The notes beneath the pieces are model-generated. The model worked only from the letters and a program-made list of their open reading frames with translations, was not told where the DNA came from and did no database searches. The position numbers and the translations under genes are program-made. A DNA stretch of 64,000 nucleotides. Source: an uncultured Chlamydiae bacterium (GTDB taxonomy: Bacteria > Chlamydiota > Chlamydiia > Chlamydiales > Parachlamydiaceae). This document shows positions 9,643-19,572 of this stretch, piece after piece (within the stretch, counting starts at the first letter, position 1; every line of letters starts with the position of its first letter). The DNA lies in contig CAWHMU010000041.1 of NCBI GenBank assembly GCA_963830365.1, positions 1 to 64,000 on the forward strand. The letters run 5' to 3'.

Positions 9643-11394
9643 ATGCAATGGAATAACTTCTTCAAATATGCTGCGGCGATGCTAGCTGCTGCCGTGCCGC
9701 TTTTCGGCGCCACTGATACCGCCAATGACAGGGCAAACGGCAAGGGCAATGAAAAGGCTAATGGCAAGGCAAATGATACCACTGACACTGCCACTCAGGC
9801 CAAGGCCAAGAAACCCAACATCCTGGTCATCATGGGTGACGACGTCGGTTGGTTCAACATCGGCGCCTACCACCGCGGCATCATGTCCGGCAAGACCCCC
9901 AATCTCGATAAACTTGCCAGCGAAGGCATGCTATTCACCGACTACTATGCCGAGGCCAGCTGCACAGCCGGCCGCGCCAACTTCATCACCGGCGAACTCC
10001 CCATACGCACCGGCCTCACCACAGTCGGCCAGGCCGGCGCAGATGTCGGCCTGCCGGCCGAAGCCTGCACTTTAGCCACCGCGCTTAAAGCCTTGGGTTA
10101 TACCACCGGCCAATTCGGCAAGAACCACCTCGGCGATTTGAACAAATATCTGCCGACAGTGCATGGTTTCGACGAATATTTTGGCTATCTGTATCACCTC
10201 GATGCCATGTCGGATCCTTATTGGTTCGACTATCCCCAAGATTGGATAGACAAGACCGGTCCGCGCAATCTGGTGCATTGCTGGGCCACCGATAAAGACG
10301 ATCCGACAGAGCAACCGCGTTGGGGCAAGATCGGCAAGCAGAAGATCGTGGATGAAGGACCATTGGCACCGTTCCCCAATATGAAGGACATGCAGAACTG
10401 GCAGGTGGGTCGCAAAGCCAAATACGACATGGAGACTTTTGACGATGTGCTCGTGAAGAGTTCCAACGAATTCATGGATAAAGCCAAGGCTGACGGCAAG
10501 CCGTTCTTTCTCTGGCATAATACCACCCGCATGCACGTCTTCACCTATTTGCCGCCAAAGTATCAGACGATGATGAATGCCAATAGCAACTACGGTCTGG
10601 AAGAGGCCGGCATGGCTCAACTGGATGATAGTGTAGGCCAACTGCTAAAGCACCTGGCAGATATCGGCGAGGCCGACAATACCATAGTGATCTTCACTAC
10701 CGATAACGGTGCCGAAGTGTTCACCTGGCCAGATGGCGGCATGACGCCATTCCACGCCACCAAAGGCACCGTCTTTGAAGGCGGCTTCCGCGTGCCTTGC
10801 ATTGCCCGCTGGCCAGGCCATATCAAGCCAGGCTTGGTTGAAAACGGCATCTTCTCCGGTCTCGACTGGTTCCCCACCCTCCTGGCTGCTGCCGGCAACG
10901 CCGACATCACCAATCAGCTGCTCAAGGGGGTTAAACTCGGCGACCGGACCTACAAAAACCACCTCGATGGTTACAACCAATTGAATTTGCTGTTGGGCAA
11001 AGCTCCTTCGGCACGTCATGAAATCTTCTACTTCGGCGGCCCGCACTTAGGAGCTATCCGCATCGATGATTTCAAGTATCAATTTTTCCAGCAGCCTTGG
11101 GGCTGGCCTGGAGAAAAGGTGACGACCGATATGCCCACCATCGTTAATCTGCGCCAGGATCCGTTCGAACGCACACCCGCCACAAGGGGCCAGAGCACGA
11201 ATGATTCCGGCGGCGGATACCTTAACGACTTCTATGCGCGCGAATTCTGGCGTTTTGTCACAGTCCAGAAGCAAGTCGGCAGACTTGCCATGACGGCCAT
11301 CGACTATCCGCCGATGCAGGCCCCAGCCTCGTTCAACCTGTCAGCGATAAAAGCCAAAATCGACGAGACGTTGAAGCAGCACGAAGGGGAGTAA
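9643..11394 (+). CDS. Arylsulfatase (Cys-type) with signal peptide
   Basis: KPNILVIMGDDVG, SCTAGR, FGKNHLG and FTTDNG motifs; signal peptide MQWNNFFKYAAAMLAAAVPLFG. Confidence 0.93.
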   Translation: MQWNNFFKYAAAMLAAAVPLFGATDTANDRANGKGNEKANGKANDTTDTATQAKAKKPNILVIMGDDVGWFNIGAYHRGIMSGKTPNLDKLASEGMLFTDYYAEASCTAGRANFITGELPIRTGLTTVGQAGADVGLPAEACTLATALKALGYTTGQFGKNHLGDLNKYLPTVHGFDEYFGYLYHLDAMSDPYWFDYPQDWIDKTGPRNLVHCWATDKDDPTEQPRWGKIGKQKIVDEGPLAPFPNMKDMQNWQVGRKAKYDMETFDDVLVKSSNEFMDKAKADGKPFFLWHNTTRMHVFTYLPPKYQTMMNANSNYGLEEAGMAQLDDSVGQLLKHLADIGEADNTIVIFTTDNGAEVFTWPDGGMTPFHATKGTVFEGGFRVPCIARWPGHIKPGLVENGIFSGLDWFPTLLAAAGNADITNQLLKGVKLGDRTYKNHLDGYNQLNLLLGKAPSARHEIFYFGGPHLGAIRIDDFKYQFFQQPWGWPGEKVTTDMPTIVNLRQDPFERTPATRGQSTNDSGGGYLNDFYAREFWRFVTVQKQVGRLAMTAIDYPPMQAPASFNLSAIKAKIDETLKQHEGE

Positions 11395-11746
11395 AGGAAA
11401 GCTAAAAGATGAAGGCTGAATGATGCATGATGTGTCATTCAGCCTTTTTTATGCTGAAAGGCTGAGAGTTGCAGCTGGCGAGGAAATAGGCACCTCTACC
11501 CCGGTAACGTCTCTATCCAATACCTGGACCTGATAGGCCATAAGCGCCTTTGTAATCATCTGCAACGGGGTTCAGCGAAGGTTTGCGCGGGGCACGGGCA
11601 AGCTAAATAATAACATTGAGCCACGCAGTGGCGACAGACCTTTGTCAAAACATTTGATGGGGTTAGAATTGTGCGAAACTGTATTCTGTCTGTGCAGTGC
11701 CTGTATAGTGCTAGCTGGTGGCGAGACATCTTTAACACGAGAAATT

Positions 11747-12682
11747 ATGGAATCAAAAGCGGAAATACAGCCGGCATATCTTTATAAAATTATTTCGTAT
11801 CGCCATTGGCAAGCTACGGAAAACAGAAAAACCGTCACACTATCCGCTGAGGATGATGCTTTCATTCATTTTTCGACAGCCGACCAACTGGATAGAATAA
11901 TAGCAAAGTACTGGTCCGACACTGCGCAATTCGTAATTTTAAAAATCGCTGCCGATAAATTAACAGGGGAGTTGCGATACGAAAAAAATCCAGGCGGATC
12001 GACAAAATTTTATCACCTCTATAAAGGTTTTATCCCTTTTAGCTCGATGGTCGAAGCTAAAATTGTCTATCTCACTTCGCCCGATGCTTGCCAGAGGCAC
12101 AAAGTCAATATTGTGCAAGTTGGCGATCCTGTTTTGCGCACACCTGCCCGAGAACTTTCCAAAGAAGAGATATTAAGTCCTATAATCCAAAAAATGATCG
12201 AGGATATGAAGGCTGCCATGCGCGCAGCTCCAGGTGTCGGTCTGGCGGCACCTCAAATCGGTCAGCCTCTGCAATTGGTTGTGATTGAAGACGTAGATCA
12301 TAGCCATCTAACCGCCGAACAACTAATGGAGAGGGAGCGCTATAAAGTCCCTTTCCATGTCGTCATCAATCCCCGGCTGCATATTGAAGGAGAGGAGACT
12401 GCTGAATTTTTCGAAAGTTGTCTAAGCGTGCCCGAATTTGTGGGCATCGTTTCTAGAGCCAAGGCCGTGAGAGTGGAATGTTTAAACGAGCGCGCCGAAA
12501 CGATGACAATTAAAGCCAAAGGTTGGTATGCGCGCATTCTGCAGCATGAAATCGATCATTTAAATGCCACTTTGTACATCGATCGGGCCATACTGCCGAC
12601 TATCATGACCGAAGAAAACTACATTAAACGCTGGAAAGGGATAGCCAGCCAAGAAATTATAGCTAAGCTGGCAGCAAAATGA
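11747..12682 (+). CDS. def: DUF952-like domain fused to peptide deformylase
   Basis: N-part YLYKII...DDAFIHFSTADQL...FYHLY; C-part GVGLAAPQIG, ESCLSV, HEIDHL. Start uncertain (11657 or 11747). Confidence 0.8.
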   Translation: MESKAEIQPAYLYKIISYRHWQATENRKTVTLSAEDDAFIHFSTADQLDRIIAKYWSDTAQFVILKIAADKLTGELRYEKNPGGSTKFYHLYKGFIPFSSMVEAKIVYLTSPDACQRHKVNIVQVGDPVLRTPARELSKEEILSPIIQKMIEDMKAAMRAAPGVGLAAPQIGQPLQLVVIEDVDHSHLTAEQLMERERYKVPFHVVINPRLHIEGEETAEFFESCLSVPEFVGIVSRAKAVRVECLNERAETMTIKAKGWYARILQHEIDHLNATLYIDRAILPTIMTEENYIKRWKGIASQEIIAKLAAK

Positions 12683-12698
12683 TGGTTCATCATGCAAA

Positions 12699-12792
12699 TA
12701 AAAGGGGCCGGACCTGTAAAAGGGGCCGGAGCTGTAAAAGGGGCCGGAGCTGTAAAAGGTAAAAGGGGCCGGAGCTGCGATGTGCGATTCTC
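12699..12792 (+). repeat. Tandem 18-bp repeat x4 ending in a palindromic-family arm
   Basis: taaaaggggccggagctg at 12699 (one mismatch), 12717, 12735 and 12760, followed by cgatgtgcgattctct as at 8790. Confidence 0.9.
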
Positions 12793-13456
12793 TGGTCCAG
12801 CTGACTTTTCAGTAAACAAGAAAAGTTTTCTCAAAAAGGGGTGATTGAGGCAAGCGGTGTTGGGGCTTTTCCCTAGGGAAAAGCCCAACATCGCTTGTCT
12901 TTTTATTTTGCTTGCCATAGAGGTCGGCTGAACGGCTTAGGATCAGGCTTCAGTTTTCAGAGACAGGCCTTGCACGCGCTTATTGAGCGAAACACTGGGC
13001 GGTTTTGGCAGACCTCTCCCCATGATTTTTGGTTTGCAGGCATGGGGGATAGGGATGTCAGAGATGACCGAGAGGATGGTGAGGCCGGTCGCATGATCGA
13101 CGGTTTTGACGACATGCCATCTTTGTCTCTCTTGAAAAGGGGGCTTCCCCATGCGCTCAAGCCTGATCAGCTCATGCCTATTGGCATCGCTATAAATCTG
13201 GGGCAGGGCGCAAAGATTGTCAAAATTCTCACAACGCCTGAGCATACAAGAACCTTTATTTGCTTTTTTGCTTATTAAAATTATATTTAGCACATCTTCC
13301 GTATTTTCATAACACTAAAAGAGATGTAAAATACCTATCCCTTTTGTGAAGGCCAAATTCCCGTTGCGTATAAACGCAAGCCTGCTTTAAATTCTTCTCT
13401 TTACCTGTAGTAGAGTCAGAAATGACAGCTCCAACCCTAAATTTAATGAGATAGCC

Positions 13457-14899
13457 ATGACAGATCAAAAGAGCGCGCAGCACCCCGTAGCCTTGCATCT
13501 TTACAATACCGAATCGCGCTGCAAAGAACGCCTGGTGCCTTTGGAAGATGGCCATGTGCGCATGTACACCTGCGGTCCGACGGTCTATCACTTCGCCCAT
13601 ATCGGCAACTTTAGGACCTATGTCTTTGAAGACCTGCTGCGCCGCAGCATAAAATTTTTCGGCATGCGCATCACACAGGCGATGAACCTGACGGATGTCG
13701 ACGACAAGACCATCAAAGGGGCCATTGCTAAAGGCGTGACGCTGAACGAATACACCCAGCCATATAAAGATGCATTTTTTGCCGACTTAAAGACTCTGAA
13801 CATCGAGCCGGCGGAATATTATCCGGCGGCCACGGATTATATCGACGAAATGATCCGCGTCATCCAAGTGCTGCTCGACAAAGGGGTGGCCTATAAAGGC
13901 GGCGATGGCAGCGTCTATTACGCCATCCGCAAATTCCCGCGCTACGGCTGCCTTTCCCACCTGCACCTCGATGAGTTGCAAGCCGGCGCGTCAGAGCGCG
14001 TCGCGGCCGACGAATATGAGAAAGATAATGTCTCGGATTTTGTGCTATGGAAGGCCTATGACGCAACGCGCGATGGCAAAATATATTGGGAAAGCCCCTT
14101 TGGCCCGGGCCGTCCCGGCTGGCATCTGGAATGCTCTGCCATGGCCATGAAGATTTTAGGTCCGACCATTGATATCCATGTGGGAGGGATCGATAACATG
14201 TTCCCCCACCATGAGAACGAGATCGCCCAGTCCGAGGCCTGCTCAGGGGCGCGCTTTGTCAACATCTGGATGCATTCGGAACATCTTTTGGTAGATAACA
14301 AAAAGATGTCCAAGAGCCTAGGCAACTTTTATCCGCTGCGCTATCTGCTGGATAAAGGCTATAGCGGCACCCAGGTGCGCTATATGCTGCTGCACACGCA
14401 CTACAAAACGCAGCTCAACTTCACCTTTGCCGGTCTTGATGCCGCCAAAGGCACCCTGCAGCGGCTGCAGGATTTTATCTGCCGCCTGCAGGAAATCAGG
14501 CAGCCCATAGAGCATGGGCTGGTTGAGGCCGTGCTAAAACGCACCCATCAAGCCTTTGCCGCAGCGCTGGCCGACGACCTCAATATCTCGGCGGCATTGG
14601 CGGCCCTCTTCGACATGGTGCGCGAGGTGAACGCCATGTGCGATAGTGCCCAGCTAGCTCGTAGCGAGGCCGATAAGGTGCTTGAGCTGCTGAAGCGCTT
14701 TGACAGTGTATTAGGCGTGCTTTCCTTTGAGAAGCAGGGTGAGACTATCCCCAAAGACCTGGAAGAAGCACTAGCACAGCGCATCGAAGCGCGCAAGCAG
14801 AAGAATTGGGCATTGTCTGACCAGCTGCGCGATCTGATCACCGGCCGCGGCTATGTCATCGAAGATACCGCCGACGGCGCCCGCATCAAAAAAGGATGA
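13457..14899 (+). CDS. cysS: Cysteine--tRNA ligase
   Basis: YTCGPTVY, HIGN, GRPGWHLECSAM, KMSKS. Confidence 0.98.
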   Translation: MTDQKSAQHPVALHLYNTESRCKERLVPLEDGHVRMYTCGPTVYHFAHIGNFRTYVFEDLLRRSIKFFGMRITQAMNLTDVDDKTIKGAIAKGVTLNEYTQPYKDAFFADLKTLNIEPAEYYPAATDYIDEMIRVIQVLLDKGVAYKGGDGSVYYAIRKFPRYGCLSHLHLDELQAGASERVAADEYEKDNVSDFVLWKAYDATRDGKIYWESPFGPGRPGWHLECSAMAMKILGPTIDIHVGGIDNMFPHHENEIAQSEACSGARFVNIWMHSEHLLVDNKKMSKSLGNFYPLRYLLDKGYSGTQVRYMLLHTHYKTQLNFTFAGLDAAKGTLQRLQDFICRLQEIRQPIEHGLVEAVLKRTHQAFAAALADDLNISAALAALFDMVREVNAMCDSAQLARSEADKVLELLKRFDSVLGVLSFEKQGETIPKDLEEALAQRIEARKQKNWALSDQLRDLITGRGYVIEDTADGARIKKG

Positions 14900-14969
14900 A
14901 TGATGTGGGATGAAAGATGAAGAAAATTAGGTTCATGCGGTTTTGTAGGCCAAAGATGTGAAACAAGGC

Positions 14970-14996
14970 AGCCACCTCCGGATGAGGGTGGCTTTT
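14970..14996 (+). terminator. Probable intrinsic terminator
   Basis: agccacct...gggtggct hairpin with T-run after cysS. Confidence 0.5.
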
Positions 14997-15042
14997 AGAT
15001 GTCTAAATTTAACGCATATCCTACTAGTGGCTTGTTGTGATA

Positions 15043-16797
15043 TTAAGTTTTTTCATCCGGTTTAGCCACAGGCGGCTGCGCAAGTGCCGGACTAACGATG
15101 CTGTCAATCTTTCCTAGATAGTTATCGGCAAGAGCTTTTGCCGCCGGCGTTAGGTTTTTCGAAGCGAAGAGCCCCACCGCATGGGCTGCCAAGCCACTTT
15201 TGCTTTTTTTCTTAACTCCAATGATGTCTAGGTCGTTCAAATTCGTCCCTTTGCCGGTATCTGCTTCGCTAATGTTTATATATTTTATCGGATTTCCCTT
15301 ATGGCCTTTTCCCAGATTTTTTTCCGTTAGACCCGCGATTTTCGTGTCTATGATGGCATCTTTTTCGTGATGCATGACGACGACATGGCCCGTTACTTTT
15401 TCAAGCGCTTTAACGCTATTGAATTCCCACCAGGATGGAGAGAAGAGGGCGGCAATCTTGCCGATGAGGCCGCCGATAAGTCCCTTAATGGCGTCGGTAT
15501 ATTTTGTGAATGAGCGGTCCACGACGATATTCATGCCCGGATGAAGGGCCGTTACTTGGGCGGCGACAGCCCCGCCTTGGGAGTGGCCGTGAATGGTGAT
15601 ATTTTCTTTCGGGACGCCCTCTTTCTTAAGCAAATGATCGACCGCGGCCAGCCCATCAAGCACGAGATCATCCTGTGTCAAATGGTTATGCCATGATACG
15701 CTGTCTTGGCTCTCACCGACGCCTCGGTAGTTGATGGTGAGGATATTGACGCCTGTTTGTTCAGACTCGTTTTTGAATTCATCTAAACGGTTCTCGTAGC
15801 AGTCATCTTTGCCGACAAAATGAATCACCCATTTTTGCTCTGTGGCCGGTTTATCCAGCTGATCTTTATTGCGGATGGAAAATCCATTGAGTTTCACCTT
15901 GTCAAACGTTTCAATGGTAACTTCCTGATGGCGTGCTATAAAGTCACTTTTGGCCATCTCCAGCTCACTGACTGGCGAGCCGCCAGCGGGTTTGTTGGTA
16001 GTTGCATCATCGGCTTCGGCATTAAGTATTTCTCTGACTGCCGCCATTAGCGCACGATCGCAGCTAGCAGTGCCGCCCAGTAGTTTCTGATGCTCGCCAT
16101 CACTCATCAAATCCAATATTGCAGCAGGGTCGTTTTTTTTATCTTGAATCAGTTTCAACAAGTTTTCCGCACTGACTTTTTTAGAAGGCTGCTTCGTTAA
16201 TGTATTTAGCTTTTTGATGATGGCATTCGTATAATTTTTAGAAACGTTAGCAAGGAATTTTGGATGGTTGGAAAATTCATTTAATTTTTTGAACTTATCG
16301 TCCGACTTGTCATCAGCATTACCATTAAAACCAGCGTTATCCTTGGCCGAGAGATCGTTTAAAAATATTTCCTTTATGGTTGATATAAACTTCTCAGCCT
16401 TGGAATCTATCATGGCCATGGCTTGTCTCTTTTTGTCAAAGGAGACTTCATGCATTTGATTATCGATAAAAGCTTGTTTTATTTGTCGCACATCCACTGG
16501 TTTGTGCTTGCTACGGGCGTCGAGCAGGAGATTATCGGTGAGACAGCGGTTGACCGCTGTCGCTGTTAAATAGACGGGGATGGATAGTGGGAAGGTGAGC
16601 ACCATCAGAAAGACTTGCCACCCTTTCCATTCTTTCTTGGCAACGTTCAGCTCATGAAATGTCTTGGTCGTCGAATCAGTGGCTAATTGGGTGGTTTCTG
16701 GTGGTGCGTCAGTCTTTGGCGGGGTTTGCCCGCTCCCACCTGTGCTGTATTGATCGCCTTTGTAGGAGGCTGAATTTGCAATGTTATTTGAAACCAT
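15043..16797 (-). CDS. Alpha/beta hydrolase (ABHD-like) with long N-terminal extension; candidate effector
   Basis: NYRGVGES, HGHSQGG, DRSF; low-complexity N-terminus and one hydrophobic segment. Confidence 0.8.
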   Translation of the reverse strand: MVSNNIANSASYKGDQYSTGGSGQTPPKTDAPPETTQLATDSTTKTFHELNVAKKEWKGWQVFLMVLTFPLSIPVYLTATAVNRCLTDNLLLDARSKHKPVDVRQIKQAFIDNQMHEVSFDKKRQAMAMIDSKAEKFISTIKEIFLNDLSAKDNAGFNGNADDKSDDKFKKLNEFSNHPKFLANVSKNYTNAIIKKLNTLTKQPSKKVSAENLLKLIQDKKNDPAAILDLMSDGEHQKLLGGTASCDRALMAAVREILNAEADDATTNKPAGGSPVSELEMAKSDFIARHQEVTIETFDKVKLNGFSIRNKDQLDKPATEQKWVIHFVGKDDCYENRLDEFKNESEQTGVNILTINYRGVGESQDSVSWHNHLTQDDLVLDGLAAVDHLLKKEGVPKENITIHGHSQGGAVAAQVTALHPGMNIVVDRSFTKYTDAIKGLIGGLIGKIAALFSPSWWEFNSVKALEKVTGHVVVMHHEKDAIIDTKIAGLTEKNLGKGHKGNPIKYINISEADTGKGTNLNDLDIIGVKKKSKSGLAAHAVGLFASKNLTPAAKALADNYLGKIDSIVSPALAQPPVAKPDEKT

Positions 16798-17152
16798 AAA
16801 GCCTCAAGTAATTATATTTACTGGTATGTTATATTATATGATATTTATTATTATCGTTGATAGAATTAGTTTAATTGTCTCTTTAGGTTTGAAATTGAAA
16901 ACTTTGCTGTGTCCGTTTCGTGAGCTTTCAGGCTTGATTTTATTTTCAGCATGGCATTATGATCGGCTATAACAACTCAAACAAGTGTTAGCTGTGATCA
17001 GGTCTTTAAAAAATACCACATTTCTCTCCTTCACGACGGCTGGCCCCAGCCGTTAATCACCGTCTCTTCACACTTACCTTATTTTTGAATCAAAACCAAA
17101 GCCCCTGTACAGAAATGGTTTGTACAGTGGCAAATCTTGATGGAGAGAATTT

Positions 17153-18325
17153 ATGTTCCGTAAAATGCCAATCATTCTGCTGGCGGTGATATTTTTTGTG
17201 ATCCTCTTTGAAGAGTTCATTCCGCCGTACCATAAATCATTGCTGTATGCGCTCAGTTTGTCGATAAAGTCGGCCATCATTTTCGTGCTGCCGTTCATCA
17301 TTTTCATGCTGCTGTTCAGGACGCTTTCCAAGCTGGCCAGCAATGCCACTAAGATCATCGTGTGGCTGCTATGTGCCGTGTGTATATCAAATTTCATCTC
17401 GACGATGATCAGTTACACTGTCGGATCGGCCATTTACAATTTGGATCTATCAATTGCCCTGCCGGAGGATGTGGAAGGCCTTGTGCCGGCGTGGTCGTTC
17501 AGCCTGCCTAAATTAGTAGCCAATGACCATGCCATGTTCTCGGGTGTAATCTGCGGCATCCTATTTTCGCTGTTCAACCCGGGGCTTTCGGCAAAGATAT
17601 CCCACCAGTTTGCAAAAATTGTGGATGTGACACTGCGCCTGATTACCTATGTGATTCCGATTTTTATTGCCGGCTTTGTGATCAAATTGATCGATGACAA
17701 GGTAATGGAAAATATCATGCATGATTATGCACTGATTTTTGTGCTGGTGGCGGCGGCCCAGTTTAGCTATATCACACTTATCTATCTGGCATCCAACAGC
17801 TTCCAGCTAGCGCCATTTGTGGCTAGCATCAGAAATATGCTGCCCGCGGCCATTGCCGGCTTTGGCAGCATGTCAAGCGCTGCCGCCATGCCGTTAACGA
17901 TCATCGGCGCGGAAAAGAATACCAGCAACCCGAATCAAACCCGCCTGGTGATTCCTGCCACCGTCAATATCCATCTGATAGGGGATTGCTTTGCCATTCC
18001 GATCTTTGCATTTGCCGTCATGAAAAATTTCGGGGCGGCCGAGCCTGCCTTCCTTAGTTACGTCATCTTCGCCTTTTATTTCGTGATGGCGAAATTTTCC
18101 GTCGCCGCCATCCCTGGGGGAGGCATCATTGTGATGCTGCCGATTCTAGAGAGCCATTTGGGCTTTAATGCGCAGATGGCCTCCCTGATCACCGCCCTCT
18201 ATATCTTGTTTGATCCTGTGATCACATGCGCCAATGTGCTTGGCAACGGCGGCTTTGCGCTGGCATTAAGCAAGCTGCAAGCCCTCAGCTTGAAAACTAA
18301 ATCCCCGACAGTCCAAGAGAATTAA
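17153..18325 (+). CDS. Dicarboxylate/amino acid:cation symporter (DAACS)
   Basis: Polytopic membrane protein; SMSSAAAMP, NIHLIGD, AAIPGGG, TCANVLGN. Confidence 0.88.
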   Translation: MFRKMPIILLAVIFFVILFEEFIPPYHKSLLYALSLSIKSAIIFVLPFIIFMLLFRTLSKLASNATKIIVWLLCAVCISNFISTMISYTVGSAIYNLDLSIALPEDVEGLVPAWSFSLPKLVANDHAMFSGVICGILFSLFNPGLSAKISHQFAKIVDVTLRLITYVIPIFIAGFVIKLIDDKVMENIMHDYALIFVLVAAAQFSYITLIYLASNSFQLAPFVASIRNMLPAAIAGFGSMSSAAAMPLTIIGAEKNTSNPNQTRLVIPATVNIHLIGDCFAIPIFAFAVMKNFGAAEPAFLSYVIFAFYFVMAKFSVAAIPGGGIIVMLPILESHLGFNAQMASLITALYILFDPVITCANVLGNGGFALALSKLQALSLKTKSPTVQEN

Positions 18326-18433
18326 AGGCTGGCGGGGCCTTTGACTTTAATAGCCTAAAGCAGGTAAATTAAGCAGTAAATCTATAGCGCTACCGCTTGC
18401 CAAAAGCGTAACTTTTAAATATTTGGAGACAGC

Positions 18434-19529
18434 ATGAATAACGAGACAGAACAGCGTTTAAAAGGCATCGAAGATCGTCTTATTCACATGTGGAGGTATC
18501 TTTGACCTGGCTTCGAAGGAAGCGCGTGTTAAAGAACTAGAGACCCTGACTGAGGCCCCGGACTTCTGGGATGACAATACCAAGGCTCAGAAAGTTATCG
18601 CCGAAAATAAACTGCTGAATAGTTGGGTTACCCCCTACAAGCAGCTTAGAAGGCGTTTTGACGATGTGAAGGCGTTGTTGCCCGATGCCTATGACTTGGC
18701 TGATGAGGCAATGATTTCTGAAATGCTGCAGGAACTTGATGCCATCGAAAAAGGTCTGGGAGAGCTTGAGGTAAGAAAAATGCTGTCTGGCGAGCTTGAC
18801 AGCAAGAACTGCTATCTCAGCATTAACGCCGGCGCAGGCGGCACCGAAGCCTGTGATTGGGCGCTTATGCTGTCGCGCATGTATCAGCGCTGGTCGGCTC
18901 TTCGGGGATGGAAAACTGAAGTCATCGATACCGTTGAAGGCGATGTGGTAGGCATTAAAAGCATAACTATGAAGTTTAGCGGTGATTTTGCCTATGGCTA
19001 TGCCAAATCGGAAAAAGGCGTGCATCGGCTGGTGCGCATTTCGCCTTTTGACAGCAATGCTAAAAGACATACAAGCTTTGCGTCGGTGGATGTGACACCC
19101 GAAATAACCGATGATATAACTATCGAGATCAGGCCCGAAGACCTGCGCATTGACACCTATCGCTCTTCGGGAGCTGGCGGACAGCACGTCAACAAAACAG
19201 ATTCGGCAGTCCGCATGACGCACCTGGCCACAGGGTTTGTGGTGACCTGCCAAAACCAGCGTAGCCAGCTGCAGAACAGGGAAACATGCCTTAAGATGTT
19301 GCGTTCGAAACTTTATGAAAAAGAAGTTACCGAGCGTGAATCGGCCCTTAGGGCTCTTGGCGGCGAAAAGAAGGATATTGCATGGGGCAGCCAGATCCGC
19401 AACTATGTCTTCCAGCCCTATACGCTGGTTAAGGATACGCGGACAAAGGTGGAGACGGGTAACGTTGAGGCTGTCATGGACGGCGAGATTGATGACTTCG
19501 TCAATGCCTATTTGAAAGAATTTGGATAA
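18434..19529 (+). CDS. prfB: Peptide chain release factor 2, programmed +1 frameshift
   Basis: MNNETEQ...WRYL, then GGAGG-TAT-CTT-TGA-C (CTT 18500-18502); the +1 frame has SPF and GGQ. Confidence 0.97.
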
Positions 19530-19572
19530 TATACCAGGATCTAGTGAGAATTTCTTAGGATTTAGGGGGCAT

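Noticed and set aside
11395..11475. gctgaaa/gatgaa 7-mer-like runs after the sulfatase and cysS (14894-14925)
   Set aside because: Too degenerate to define as a repeat family; may simply be terminator regions.
12699..12777. 18-bp repeats as a CRISPR array
   Set aside because: No unique spacers and no cas genes; these are direct tandem copies.
12943..13293. Overlapping ORFs 12895-13278 (+) and 12943-13293 (-)
   Set aside because: No recognisable motif; cannot tell which, if either, is real.
16980..17150. Possible riboswitch upstream of the DAACS transporter
   Set aside because: Only a small hairpin (acggctgg/ccagccgt); no aptamer consensus recognised.
18490..18506. prfB frameshift as a novelty
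   Set aside because: Well-known autoregulatory +1 frameshift.
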